DNA from: an uncultured Candidatus Saccharibacteria bacterium | GTDB taxonomy: Bacteria; Patescibacteriota; UBA1384; XYA2-FULL-43-10; 1-14-0-10-43-13 | Direction of reading: 5' to 3' | Length of the DNA stretch: 64,000 nucleotides | Assembly (NCBI GenBank): GCA_964364265.1 | Contig: CAYILA010000001.1 | Span: forward strand, 6,808-70,807 | In this document: piece after piece, positions 1-10,017 of the stretch | Layout of the letters: each line of letters opens with the position of its first letter | How positions within the stretch are numbered: the stretch's first letter is position 1 | The notes under the pieces: generated by a model | Seen by the model: the letters and a program-made list of their open reading frames with translations, nothing else | Told to the model about the DNA's origin: nothing | Database searches by the model: none | Program-made: the position numbers and the translations under genes

Positions 1-450
1 ACTCCTGAAAATATTCTAGGTCTGATCAATAAGGAGAGGGTAGCAAACGGGCTGAATGAATTGCAGGTAAATTACGAATTAAATCGCGCCGCCTCCATGA
101 AGTCAAGGGATATGGTTAAGAGAAATTATTTCGAACATTACGCCTTTGGAATTACGCCTTGGGATTTTATCCGCAATTCCGGGTATGATTATCAATTCGC
201 CGGTGAAAATCTGGCAATGAGCTTTAACACTTCCGAAGGAATGGTTAGGGCATGGATGAACTCGCCAACCCACCGCGACAATATCTTGGATACAAACTTT
301 TCTGACACCGGTATAGGTATTGTCAAAGGTGTTTATACGGAAGATGGAGTTACCCGCCAAACAACTGTGGTTACCAATATGTTTGGTAAGAAAAAGACCC
401 CGATAATCAATATTATTGAAAAAATCAAAGAGGTTTTTGTTTTATATTGA
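1..450 (+). CDS. CAP/SCP domain protein (5' partial)
   Basis: Frame open from base 1; INKERVANGL, K..DM...NYFEH, AGENLA and WMNSPTHRDNIL CAP motifs. Confidence 0.85.
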   Translation, partial: TPENILGLINKERVANGLNELQVNYELNRAASMKSRDMVKRNYFEHYAFGITPWDFIRNSGYDYQFAGENLAMSFNTSEGMVRAWMNSPTHRDNILDTNFSDTGIGIVKGVYTEDGVTRQTTVVTNMFGKKKTPIINIIEKIKEVFVLY

Positions 451-853
451 AATAAATAATATATTTTGAAATTCATCAATCAATGGAAAAAGATAAAATG
501 GGATAACTGTGGATAACTAATAAAAGATAGGACTGACCTATCTAATTTTTTGTTATTGACATTAATTTTTATTAGATGATAATCTTGAACACGTAAATAG
601 AAAACTTCTTATGGTTGAATAAAAAGTATGAAAAAGTATGATAATCAACTATGGGAAGAGCTTTATCGCGCTTAGGGTCAAACGGCCCGGGTGAACTACC
701 GGATGGGTATTCTAGAATTTCTAGAAAGTTTTGTGTTATCTATTCTTGCCAAAGGGGCAGAAATCATTTTCTGCGAATTTTTAAATAAAAAGTGTCTGGC
801 CCTTTGGGAGGGAGCGGGGCAAGAGAAATAATTTACTAATTTAAGGAGAACAA

Positions 854-2836
854 ATGAATAAGTTTTTTCAAAAAATTTTAATTTATCTCATTATCGCTAT
901 GTTGCTAGTGCCGACCTGGGTTGCAACCGGCATGACAAAAATTGAGCGCGCCAAAGCAAACGGCGTGACAACTCTTATCGATGAAGGGTTTGTCGATGGC
1001 ACAGTGGCGCCATCGGGCTGGATATTTAATAGCATTGATGAAATCTATCCTTCATCAGGTAGTTCCGGCGAAGCCGTACCCGCGCTGAAATTTGATGCGT
1101 CGGATGATTCTGTTACGACCCCGTCTTTTAGCAATCCCAATCAATTAAGCTTTTGGATAAAAGGACAAGGCATCAGCGGAGATTCCGCCTTATTAGTTGA
1201 GCAATATGATGGATCGAATTGGACTGGACTTGATAATATAGTGCCCGTATCGAACTCGGCGACGACGAAAGATTACAGCTTATCGAGTAATATAACTCAA
1301 ATTAAATTTACCTATACTAAAGTAACCGGTAATCTGGCCTTTGACGATGTCGTCATAACCGGAGCGGTAATTCCCGACACGACCAAACCGGTAATTACGA
1401 TTAACCCGCTTGACTCGAATCCGACAAATCAGGACCCGGTCGAACTAACCGGCAGGGTGACCGATGCCGGTTCGGGCGTGAAAACGGCTGATTACGAGAT
1501 TAAATTGGTTAGCAGCGGCGAAATTATCTACTCCGGTTCGTTAGTATTAGATGAGTTGGGGAACTTCTCGATTTCAAAATATCTTAGTGATGGAACTTAT
1601 CGGCTAACGGTAAACGCTACGGATAATAGTGACATTAGTGATTCGGAAACCTATGTTTTTACGGTTGACCTGAATCAACTGAACTTGTCTGGTTTGCTTG
1701 AAACAGGCGATAAGGTTACAGTCCCGGCTGGGTCTGATCTGGTGATTAACATTGAAACGGTTAACGGAAATATTCAGTTAACGATTCCGGCCGTGACGGT
1801 GATAACCGGGCCGACTGGCTGGGACCGCAAAATTAATCTGGCCCAAGCAGCATCTGTCAGTGAGATAGAATTGCCGGCCGGTGCGGGAATGGAAGCGACA
1901 GGAGCCGTGGCGTTTGAGTTTGGCGCCGGATTGAGCAGTTTGAGTTTTGACAAACCGGTTAAATTGGTTTTTTACGGCACCGGCGGAAAAAGAATCGGAT
2001 ATATTAAAAACGGCGCTTTTGTTGAGATAACCGTGGTGTGTGACGACGCTAATCCTCCGACAAATATTCCGCCCAACGGCGAATGCAAGAAGACAACCGG
2101 GAGTGATTTAGTAGTGTGGACAACCCATTTTACAACATTCGCTAATTATTCGGAGCAAATTGCGGTTCTAACAATTAGCGTTGCGAAAAATATCGCGGCG
2201 GACGGGATGAGGACATTGACAGTAAGTTGGAAGGGCATCGGAAATACGACAAAGTATGAGATTTATGTGAATGGGGTTAGAAGCGACAGCAATAGTGTAA
2301 ATGTGGCGGGCGATGATACGGGCACGGATTACCAAAAAACGATAAATATCGCTTCCGCCGGAAAGTATGATGTTTATGTCAGAGCGATAAGGGGCGACGG
2401 TTCGCTTAACAGCAATACCGCCACGGTTGAATTTGCGGCGCCTTCGCCGGCTGCCACAACAGTAAAGACTCAAACGACGACTCCGACTGTTCCTTCGGCT
2501 TTTGTTGCGCCGGCCAAAGCCGAAGCGCAGGCGCCGACTCCAAGCGCAGTGGCAGAAAGTCCGACCGGCGACCAGAACGGGCAGATTAAGGGCGAGGAGG
2601 AATCAACCAGTCCGATCGACGAAAAGATTAACTGGACGCCATGGATCATATTGTTCGTTTTGATTCTTCTGACCGGCGCCGCCACCGGCGGTTATTTCTA
2701 TTGGTTTTCGGGCGAGGACGAAGTTGAAACAACGGTGAAGCAAGCGAAAAGCGAGATAAAAGAAGTTGTAAAACCAAAAACAAAGCCAAAAGTAAAAGCG
2801 GTTATCAAACCGGATAAAAGATCGAAGCGATGGTAA
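854..2836 (+). CDS. Secreted, membrane-anchored surface protein with Ig-like domains
   Basis: Signal peptide, DTTKPVITI/DGTYRLTVNATD Ig-like segment, HFTTFA motif, Pro/Thr/Ala linker, C-terminal TM helix and Lys-rich tail; AAGGAG RBS. Confidence 0.7.
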   Translation: MNKFFQKILIYLIIAMLLVPTWVATGMTKIERAKANGVTTLIDEGFVDGTVAPSGWIFNSIDEIYPSSGSSGEAVPALKFDASDDSVTTPSFSNPNQLSFWIKGQGISGDSALLVEQYDGSNWTGLDNIVPVSNSATTKDYSLSSNITQIKFTYTKVTGNLAFDDVVITGAVIPDTTKPVITINPLDSNPTNQDPVELTGRVTDAGSGVKTADYEIKLVSSGEIIYSGSLVLDELGNFSISKYLSDGTYRLTVNATDNSDISDSETYVFTVDLNQLNLSGLLETGDKVTVPAGSDLVINIETVNGNIQLTIPAVTVITGPTGWDRKINLAQAASVSEIELPAGAGMEATGAVAFEFGAGLSSLSFDKPVKLVFYGTGGKRIGYIKNGAFVEITVVCDDANPPTNIPPNGECKKTTGSDLVVWTTHFTTFANYSEQIAVLTISVAKNIAADGMRTLTVSWKGIGNTTKYEIYVNGVRSDSNSVNVAGDDTGTDYQKTINIASAGKYDVYVRAIRGDGSLNSNTATVEFAAPSPAATTVKTQTTTPTVPSAFVAPAKAEAQAPTPSAVAESPTGDQNGQIKGEEESTSPIDEKINWTPWIILFVLILLTGAATGGYFYWFSGEDEVETTVKQAKSEIKEVVKPKTKPKVKAVIKPDKRSKRW

Positions 2837-2854
2837 AATAAATATTCCGTTAAT

Positions 2855-2923
2855 AAAAAATCCCTCGGTCTCCGCCAACCACGAAGTGAACCCTTTGGGT
2901 CTGGCGGACGACAGGGGATTTTT
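2855..2923 (+). terminator. Intrinsic terminator with a CCGCCA...TGGCGG hairpin extension
   Basis: AAAAAATCCCT...GGGGATTTTT flanks an internal TCCGCCA/TGGCGGA stem. Confidence 0.6.
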
Positions 2924-2977
2924 GATTTAGCGAAGATTGATTTTGGTGTATAATCGGAGAAGTAAATAGAGAAAAAT

Positions 2978-3385
2978 ATGAAGATTAGGGATTTATTTTC
3001 AACCGCCAAAGAGAAAATTGAAAAAGTGATGCCGATGACATTCGGAAATTTTGTGGTTTTTTTCCTGATTCTCTATTTCATAACTCTGGTCACACGCATG
3101 ACATGGAACAATTATCAATCGAACAAATCGATTGACGCGGAGGGGCAGAAGATTGATGATCTGACCCAAGAATTGACTTTGCTTCGATATCAGATTTCTT
3201 ATTACAAAACTAATTCGTTCAAGGAAAAAGAGGCGAGGGAAAAACTGGCTTACAAAGCTCCCGGGGAACAGGTTCTGATGATGCCGCTCGATACCCCGGC
3301 CGAGTCGGTTGCGGATGAAGGTAACAGCGATCCTCGGATTAAAATTCCCAATCAACATCTCTGGCGGTCGTATTTTTTTAAATAG
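2978..3385 (+). CDS. Septum formation initiator (FtsB/DivIC-like)
   Basis: Single TM helix, coiled coil, EKEAREKLAYKAPGE motif. Confidence 0.75.
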   Translation: MKIRDLFSTAKEKIEKVMPMTFGNFVVFFLILYFITLVTRMTWNNYQSNKSIDAEGQKIDDLTQELTLLRYQISYYKTNSFKEKEAREKLAYKAPGEQVLMMPLDTPAESVADEGNSDPRIKIPNQHLWRSYFFK

Positions 3386-3426
3386 TGTTGATAATAAACA
3401 TCAAATCTGTTACTATTTTAATGTTT

Positions 3427-3503
<77 letters not shown>

Positions 3504-3520
3504 AATTTACAGCTTTTTTT

Positions 3521-3597
3521 GGCAGGGTAGCTCAGGTGGTTAGAGCATAGGATTCATAAACCTAAGGTCGTGGGTTCGAGCCCCACCCCTGCTACCA
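3521..3597 (+). tRNA. tRNA with CAT anticodon (elongator Met or Ile2)
   Basis: Cloverleaf GGCAGGG...CCCTGCT-A-CCA, loop TTCATAA. Confidence 0.9.
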
Positions 3598-3653
3598 AAC
3601 TTTTACAAAAAATTAAGATAACGAACTCGGGGGTAGGGTCGGCAGGAACATAG

Positions 3654-4640
3654 ATGAAAAAAAGATTTCCGCAAAAATCGCTTGAAGCGAGGGTTTTGGG
3701 GAGTATTTTGTCGTACCAATTAATTCAATCTACGGATCATATCATTGTCGCCGTCAGCGGGGGAGCGGACTCGGTTTGTCTTCTGCATTTATTAAATAAT
3801 TTAAAAGACGAATTAAAGATCACTCTTTCGGCTTGTCATTTCAACCATAAACTGCGCGGAAAAGAAAGCGACAAGGATCAAAAATTCGTCGAGGATTTGT
3901 GTAAAGAGAAGGGGATTGCGTTAATTCTGGGAGAGGGCGAAAAAGGCGAAGATTTAAAAAGCGAAGAAAAAGCCAGAGATGCCCGTTACCGATTTTTTAA
4001 AAAATTGATAGGGGAGAAAAGGGGAGTAAAAATCGCACTGGGACATAATTCTAATGATTTATCGGAAACTCTCATCTTCCGCCTGGCTCGGGGAAGCGGA
4101 ATGCTCGGACTTTCGGGGATCCCTATCTCGCGGGAAAATTTTATCCGTCCCCTACTCTATATTCCACGCATGGAAATTGAAAAATTCCTTAAAAATCACG
4201 ATTTAGGATTTAAAACCGATAGAACCAATTTTGAGACCAAATATTCCAGAAATTTAATTCGGCTGAAAGTTTTGCCTGTGCTTGCAGAAATTAATCTTTC
4301 AGTTGTCTCCACTATCGCCCAAGAATCAAAGAATATCAGCCAGGATATTACTTACTTGAGGAAGATGGCGGAGGAGAGTTTTGAAAAAATCGCGATATTA
4401 GAAAATCAAAACAAGATTGTCCTGGATCAAAAAAAGTGGTTAAAACTTGATCCCTCGCTTCAGCGCAATACCATCATTCTGGCGATTGAAAAAATCAGCT
4501 CCAAAACCGATATTACCTCGGTTCAAATCGAGGAAGTCCTTTCCTTAATTTCGAGAAATATCGGAAAAAAATATAAATCTCTCCCCCACTCGTTGCGCGT
4601 CACGCTTCAAAATGGTAAAATTAGTTGTGCTAGAAATTAA
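3654..4640 (+). CDS. tilS: tRNA(Ile)-lysidine synthetase
   Basis: AVSGGADS PP-loop, HFNHKLRG, ARDARY, RPLL, YSRNLIR. Confidence 0.95.
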   Translation: MKKRFPQKSLEARVLGSILSYQLIQSTDHIIVAVSGGADSVCLLHLLNNLKDELKITLSACHFNHKLRGKESDKDQKFVEDLCKEKGIALILGEGEKGEDLKSEEKARDARYRFFKKLIGEKRGVKIALGHNSNDLSETLIFRLARGSGMLGLSGIPISRENFIRPLLYIPRMEIEKFLKNHDLGFKTDRTNFETKYSRNLIRLKVLPVLAEINLSVVSTIAQESKNISQDITYLRKMAEESFEKIAILENQNKIVLDQKKWLKLDPSLQRNTIILAIEKISSKTDITSVQIEEVLSLISRNIGKKYKSLPHSLRVTLQNGKISCARN

Positions 4641-4658
4641 ACAGGCAAGGATTTTCGT

Positions 4659-6467
4659 ATGAAGATAAATGTCACCAAATCGATTGTTTATACTATTATA
4701 TTAATTTTGGTCTTTTCTTACGCCTCCAGCTATTTTACGGCTAAGAAATCGCCTATCAAAGAGGTCCCGATCTCGGAGGTGGCTGCGGGCGTCGCCGACG
4801 GTTCGATTCAGGATGTTACCGTCAAAGACAATTCTGTAACTGCGGTCAAAAAAGACGGGATAAAACTGCTTGCCTTCAAAGAGCCGGGCATTAGTTTGGT
4901 TGAATATGGAATTACTCCCGATAAAACAAAAATTGAAGTCAAGGACACCTCCGGTGTTTCGACCTGGTATTCCGTCCTATCATTGCTCTTACCGATATTA
5001 TTAATCGGCGGGTTTATTTACTTTATGATGCGTTCGGCGCAGGGTTCAAACAACAAGGCCTTTGGATTCGGTAAATCTACTGCCAGATTGTCGATTGGCA
5101 ATACCAAGGTTGCATTCAAGGATATCGCCGGCCTCGAGGAACCGAAACAGGAGCTTGTCGAGGTGGTTGATTTTCTCAAAAGTCCGAAAAAGTTCCGCGA
5201 TCTTGGCGCCGAAATTCCAAAGGGAGTTTTACTTGTCGGACCTCCGGGAACCGGAAAAACTTTGTTGGCCAAAGCGGTAGCCGGCGAGGCGAATGTGCCT
5301 TTCTTTTCAATCTCCGCTTCTGAATTTGTGGAGATGTTTGTCGGTGTCGGCGCCTCGCGGGTCCGCGACTTGTTCTTGCGGGCGAAACGAAACGCTCCGG
5401 CGATTATCTTCATCGACGAGTTGGATGCCATTGGTCGTCAGCGCGGAGCCGGTCTCGGCGGTTCTCACGACGAAAGGGAGCAGACCCTAAACCAGATACT
5501 GGTTGAAATGGATGGTTTTGATACGAACGACAATGTGATTGTGGTGGCGGCCACCAACCGCCCCGATGTTTTGGATCCCGCCTTGCTGCGCCCCGGCCGT
5601 TTTGACCGGCAGGTGGTAATTGATCTGCCGGACCGACGCGAACGCGAAGAAATTCTTAAAATTCATACTAAAAATAAACCGCTTGATTCGAATATTGAAT
5701 TGCAAAAAATTGCGGCTCAAACACCCGGTTTTTCCGGCGCCGATCTTCGGAATTTGACCAATGAAGCGGCAATTTTGGCGGCCAGGTTAAATCGAAAAAC
5801 CATCACCCAGAAAGACATGGGCGATTCGGTTGAAAAAGTTATGATGGGCCCGGAGCGGAAATCCCGAATGCTTTCAGCTGAAGAGAAGAAAATAACCGCA
5901 ATTCACGAAGCGGGACACGCCGTTGTCAGCCATATCCTGCCCTTTGGGGATCCGGTTCAAAAGATTTCAATAATCTCTCGCGGCATGGCTTTGGGTTATA
6001 CTTGGAATATGCCGACGGAAGACCGGCGTTTGGAGAGCAAGGAGCGGTTTTTGGATGAAATCGCGTCTCTAATGGGTGGCCGGATGGCTGAAGAGGTCTT
6101 TTTCGGACCGAAGAAGATTACAACCGGAGCCCAGAACGACCTCAAACGAGCGACCGAACTGGCCAGAAAAATGGTCACCGAATACGGTATGAGCGACAGA
6201 TTGGGACCGCAGACATACGGGCGTAAAGAGGAGATGCCGTTTCTGGGCAAAGAATACGCCGAACATAGGAATTACAGCGAAAAAATCGCCAATCTGATTG
6301 ACGATGAGGTGTCCTCAATAATCAACGACGGCAGGGTCCGGGCGGATGAAGTTATCAGAAAAAATAAAAAAACTATTGATGAAATTGCCGAAACCTTGCT
6401 TCAAAAAGAGGTGATCGAATCGGATCAATTTGAAGAATTTTTTACTAAAAAAAATAAAAAGGATTAG
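4659..6467 (+). CDS. ftsH: ATP-dependent zinc metalloprotease FtsH
   Basis: Two TM helices, [28 protein letters not shown]. Confidence 0.98.
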   Translation: MKINVTKSIVYTIILILVFSYASSYFTAKKSPIKEVPISEVAAGVADGSIQDVTVKDNSVTAVKKDGIKLLAFKEPGISLVEYGITPDKTKIEVKDTSGVSTWYSVLSLLLPILLIGGFIYFMMRSAQGSNNKAFGFGKSTARLSIGNTKVAFKDIAGLEEPKQELVEVVDFLKSPKKFRDLGAEIPKGVLLVGPPGTGKTLLAKAVAGEANVPFFSISASEFVEMFVGVGASRVRDLFLRAKRNAPAIIFIDELDAIGRQRGAGLGGSHDEREQTLNQILVEMDGFDTNDNVIVVAATNRPDVLDPALLRPGRFDRQVVIDLPDRREREEILKIHTKNKPLDSNIELQKIAAQTPGFSGADLRNLTNEAAILAARLNRKTITQKDMGDSVEKVMMGPERKSRMLSAEEKKITAIHEAGHAVVSHILPFGDPVQKISIISRGMALGYTWNMPTEDRRLESKERFLDEIASLMGGRMAEEVFFGPKKITTGAQNDLKRATELARKMVTEYGMSDRLGPQTYGRKEEMPFLGKEYAEHRNYSEKIANLIDDEVSSIINDGRVRADEVIRKNKKTIDEIAETLLQKEVIESDQFEEFFTKKNKKD

Positions 6468-6499
6468 GATAAGGGCATAATATCTTTTGATAATATAAA

Positions 6500-8113
6500 A
6501 TGAAAAGAATTACAAAATATTTCAGTCAGGAGAATTCAGTCCGCGGCGCTTCTTTACTGTTGATTGTAACATTGGCAATCAGCAATATGTTGGGATTGCT
6601 TCGGGACAGATTTTTAGCAAAAAACCTCTCGTTCTCCGATCTTGATATTTATTTTGCCTCTTTTAGGGTCTCCGACACCCTGTTCAATTTTTTGATTTTA
6701 GGAGCTCTTGTTTCGGCCTTTCTGCCGATTTTTACCGATTTTACGACCTCAAGAAGAACTGAAGAGGGTTTTAAACTTGCCAGTATTATGATCAATAGCT
6801 CGGCAATTATCATGTCGCTGACGGCCGTCATCTTTTATTTTATTATGCCTTCGGTGGTCGGCATTATCGTCCCGAATTTCGAATCAGCAAGATTCAACGA
6901 AACGGTTGCTTATTCGCGTCTCCTAATGATTACTCCGATTTTCTTTTCTGTCGCCTATGTCATCGGCGGCATTTTAAATTCCTATAAAAGATTTTTCGCC
7001 TATTCACTCTCCCCTCTTCTTTACAATCTTTCAATCATTGTCGGAGCGGTCTTTTTAGCTCCGAGATACGGAATTACCGGAGTCGTTTACTCGGTGATTG
7101 CCGGTTCGTTTCTTTATTTTCTAATCCTAATTCCGGCTCTTATAAAAATTGATTTTAAGTACTATTTCATCTTAAGGCCGAAAGACGAAACCATTAAAAG
7201 AATTACCAGATTAATGATTCCAAGAAGCGTCAGTCTAGGCGCTAGCCAGATTCTTTTTACCGTTTTCACTTCGATCGGTTCAACCATTTCGGTCGGCGCA
7301 ATTGCCGCCCTCAACTTTGCCAATAATATCCAGACCGTGCCGGTTGTCATACTTGGAAATTCATTTGCTACAGCTGTATTCCCAGTGCTGGCAAAAAAGA
7401 TTTCCGAGGGCGACAATGAAGGATTCTCGTTCTATCTAAATAGAGCAATCCGTGCGATTGGTTTCCTGATGATTCCTTCTTCGATGGTGATGATATTGCT
7501 TCGGGCCCAAATTGTCCGTCTGATTATCGGAACCGGCAAAGTCGATTGGGACGATACCAAGATGACGGCGCTCGCTTTGGGATTCTTTGCCGTTTCCTTG
7601 ATCTCCCAAGGGTTAATTCCCCTGCTGGCGCGGGCTTTCTTTGCTCTGAAAAATACCAGATTGCCGATGTATTCGACCATTATTTCGGTTATTGTCAGTA
7701 TAATTTTTGCCTACCCCTTGGCGTCCAATTATTCAATCGTTGGTTTGGCGTTGGCATTTTCAATCGGAAGCTTTGTCCAGATGTTTATCCTGTTTTATTC
7801 CCTGCTTACCAAATACCCGAGTGTTTTCAATCCAAAATTAGTAGGCGCTTACTTAAAAATTCTGGTCATTTCCCTTCTAATGGCCTTAGCTACCTGGGGA
7901 ACGATGCACGGCATGGCTGGGATTGTAGATATGTCCCGATATTGGGGAGTCCTCACGCAGGTTTTGGTTTCTTGTGTTGCAGCGATAATAGTTTACCTTG
8001 GTATAAACTTTCTAATAGGCAGCGAAGAGATTAAGTGGGCTTTTAAAAGAAGGATAAACGGCGGTGATGAAGGTTCCGATAGAACAAAATCTGGAGCAGA
8101 AAAAAGAAAATAA
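6500..8113 (+). CDS. murJ: Lipid II flippase MurJ (MviN)
   Basis: LGLLRDR, ASFRVSD, multi-TM MOP profile, RAFFALKNTRLP. Confidence 0.92.
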   Translation: MKRITKYFSQENSVRGASLLLIVTLAISNMLGLLRDRFLAKNLSFSDLDIYFASFRVSDTLFNFLILGALVSAFLPIFTDFTTSRRTEEGFKLASIMINSSAIIMSLTAVIFYFIMPSVVGIIVPNFESARFNETVAYSRLLMITPIFFSVAYVIGGILNSYKRFFAYSLSPLLYNLSIIVGAVFLAPRYGITGVVYSVIAGSFLYFLILIPALIKIDFKYYFILRPKDETIKRITRLMIPRSVSLGASQILFTVFTSIGSTISVGAIAALNFANNIQTVPVVILGNSFATAVFPVLAKKISEGDNEGFSFYLNRAIRAIGFLMIPSSMVMILLRAQIVRLIIGTGKVDWDDTKMTALALGFFAVSLISQGLIPLLARAFFALKNTRLPMYSTIISVIVSIIFAYPLASNYSIVGLALAFSIGSFVQMFILFYSLLTKYPSVFNPKLVGAYLKILVISLLMALATWGTMHGMAGIVDMSRYWGVLTQVLVSCVAAIIVYLGINFLIGSEEIKWAFKRRINGGDEGSDRTKSGAEKRK

Positions 8114-8684
8114 AAGCGAGGCCTTTTATAAGGAGATGGATAGAGCCCGAATCGGGAGCTCCATCTCTCTTTCGGTGATTTTATTTCTCTTCTTTATCAT
8201 CTTGGCCGTTGGAATTTTATATGTCGTATACGCCCGCGGCGTTTTTGTGATTGATGGATCACCTTTGAATTTAAGTTCCATTTGGACCAAGACCAGCAAG
8301 AATACTCCGCCGGCAAGCGAGGGAAATGTTGTTCGGATTAACGAAGAGGATCTTGGGCGCGATCTGAAAATCAACGACCCTTCTTTTCCGGTCAAAAAAG
8401 CCAACCTGACGATATCGAATTCCGGGATTTTGTTGATTGGTAAGACGGGCGAAAGTTTCCTGTCTTTAAAAATTGAGATCAAGATATTACCTAAAGTTGA
8501 AAATGAAAAACTGATTCTATCAATCGCCGAGATTAAAAGTGCCGGAGTGGTTGCTCCGAAAAGCATCATCGATATTTTCACGCCGCAAATAAATACAATC
8601 TTGGAAAATACGAAGATTACCGACGGCAAGGTCAAAGATGTCCGGCTCTTCCCCAAATATATGGAAATAGAATTGGCGGAGTGA
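8064..8684 (+). CDS. Hypothetical single-TM membrane protein
   Basis: 206-aa ORF in operon orientation with an N-terminal TM helix. Confidence 0.6.
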   Translation: MMKVPIEQNLEQKKENKSEAFYKEMDRARIGSSISLSVILFLFFIILAVGILYVVYARGVFVIDGSPLNLSSIWTKTSKNTPPASEGNVVRINEEDLGRDLKINDPSFPVKKANLTISNSGILLIGKTGESFLSLKIEIKILPKVENEKLILSIAEIKSAGVVAPKSIIDIFTPQINTILENTKITDGKVKDVRLFPKYMEIELAE

Positions 8685-9427
8685 TGAAAGCATTAATTTT
8701 CTCCGATGTTCATGCCAGTAATTCTACTCTAGCGTTTTTAAAAAAAGAAATTTCTAAATACGATCTTTTGATATTTTCCGGCGACCTTACCAATATGGGG
8801 GAGCCGGTCTCTTTTGCTGATGATTTTATTTTAATTATTAAAAATGCCGGAATACCGCTCTTTTGGGTGCCGGGCAACAACGATTTTGGCGCTACCTACG
8901 ATATTTTGAATCAGGAAATACCTTCGCTGGAGGGTAGAGTGGAGGAATTTAAGGTCTCTCGTCCCGATAAATCGGGATCTCGAGACGCCGCACCAACGGT
9001 GCGGCGGTTTACCGGTGTCGGGGGATCCCCCGCTTCTTGGGCTGGGGCGTACGGCGGGAATAAATCGGTGGCACAGGAAAAAATCGCCGGCACTATTTTT
9101 ATCTCTCATTATCCGCCGCCAAGAATTTTCAATTACCTGATGCCGGGAAAATCCGAAGGACTCTCCCCCATCTTTGAAAATTCGAATATCGAATATCGAA
9201 TATCAAAACAAATTCAAAATTCGAAATTAGAAATTCGAAATTCGTCATTGTCAATTACGAAGAAATTGACTTATTCGCCTATTGTCCATATTTGCGGGCA
9301 TATCCACTATCAACAAGGCATCGCCTATCTCGGCGAGACTAAAATAATTAAACTTGCCTCCGCAGAAACCGGGCATTATGGTATACTTGATCTAGATAAT
9401 TTAGAAATAGATTTCCGGAGATTCTAG
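8681..9427 (+). CDS. Calcineurin-like metallophosphoesterase carrying repeat-derived insertions
   Basis: SDVH, GDL, PGNND, SHYPP and CGHIH motifs. Confidence 0.85.
   Translation: MMKALIFSDVHASNSTLAFLKKEISKYDLLIFSGDLTNMGEPVSFADDFILIIKNAGIPLFWVPGNNDFGATYDILNQEIPSLEGRVEEFKVSRPDKSGSRDAAPTVRRFTGVGGSPASWAGAYGGNKSVAQEKIAGTIFISHYPPPRIFNYLMPGKSEGLSPIFENSNIEYRISKQIQNSKLEIRNSSLSITKKLTYSPIVHICGHIHYQQGIAYLGETKIIKLASAETGHYGILDLDNLEIDFRRF
8954..9008. repeat. Tandem palindromes in frame within the phosphoesterase gene
   Basis: TCCCGAT-AA-ATCGGGA inside GTCTC/GAGAC, then GCCGCACC-AAC-GGTGCGGC. Confidence 0.75.
9176..9244. repeat. Degenerate heptamer tandem repeat in frame within the phosphoesterase gene
   Basis: TCGAATA x3 followed by related AAATTCG/AAATTAG units. 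Confidence 0.7.
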
Positions 9428-9428
9428 T

Positions 9429-9768
9429 TGTCATTCCGACCGAAGTGGAGGAATCTTTGAAATTGTATTATGTTTATATAATGACCAGTCCAAGTAGAGT
9501 TTTATACATTGGAATGACTGACAATTTGGAGCGTCGAGTTTCTGAACACAAACAAGGATTACTCAAAGGTTTTACCAGTAAGTATAAATGCAAGATTTTA
9601 GTGTATTTCGAAAGTTCAAACGATGTCAGTGCGGTTTTGGAAAGAGAAAAACAATTGAAACGATGGAACAGGCAAAAAAAGATTGATTTAATCGAGAAAA
9701 TGAATCCCGAATGGAAGGATCTTGGGGAAGAATTATCATAAGATCCCTCCGCGTTGGTCGGGATGACA
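9429..9768 (+). mobile_element. GIY-YIG gene flanked by 28-bp inverted palindromic repeats
   Basis: TGTCATTCCGACCGAAGTGGAGGAATCT (9429-9456) vs AGATCCCTCCGCGTTGGTCGGGATGACA (9741-9768); 23/28 match as inverted repeats. Confidence 0.75.
9445..9741 (+). CDS. Small GIY-YIG nuclease
   Basis: YYVYIM...LYIGMT.NLERRV.EH, REKQLKRWNRQKK..LIE..NPEW.DL; start may be TTG at 9457. Confidence 0.93.
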   Translation: MEESLKLYYVYIMTSPSRVLYIGMTDNLERRVSEHKQGLLKGFTSKYKCKILVYFESSNDVSAVLEREKQLKRWNRQKKIDLIEKMNPEWKDLGEELS

Positions 9769-9828
9769 GTGGTAAATGTCGGGATAACAAAAAGAAAAGC
9801 CTGGGACGACAATTAGGAAAGGTTAATT

Positions 9829-9912
9829 ATGAGAACAATAATATTGGCTTCAACATCGCCGCGGAGAATTGCCGGGGACACTTCTTCAAAAAGCATCTTG
9901 ATTTCGCGATAA
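9829..9912 (+). pseudogene. Remnant of a Maf-family nucleotide pyrophosphatase N-terminus
   Basis: RBS, then MRTIILASTSPRR (the Maf N-terminal signature); similarity is lost and a stop follows after 27 codons. Confidence 0.6.
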
Positions 9913-10017
9913 AGTATGCATTAAAATATTCCGGTATCGATCCGGTTTTGCAAGAGTTAGCCGAGGGATGTATTAAAGAGATAAAAGCAGATTATAAAGA
10001 ATTCATAAAGGAGTAAG

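Noticed and set aside
9711-10016. 101-aa ORF as a complete gene
   Set aside because: Its 5' part runs through the inverted repeats and the Maf remnant. Only the tail looks protein-like.
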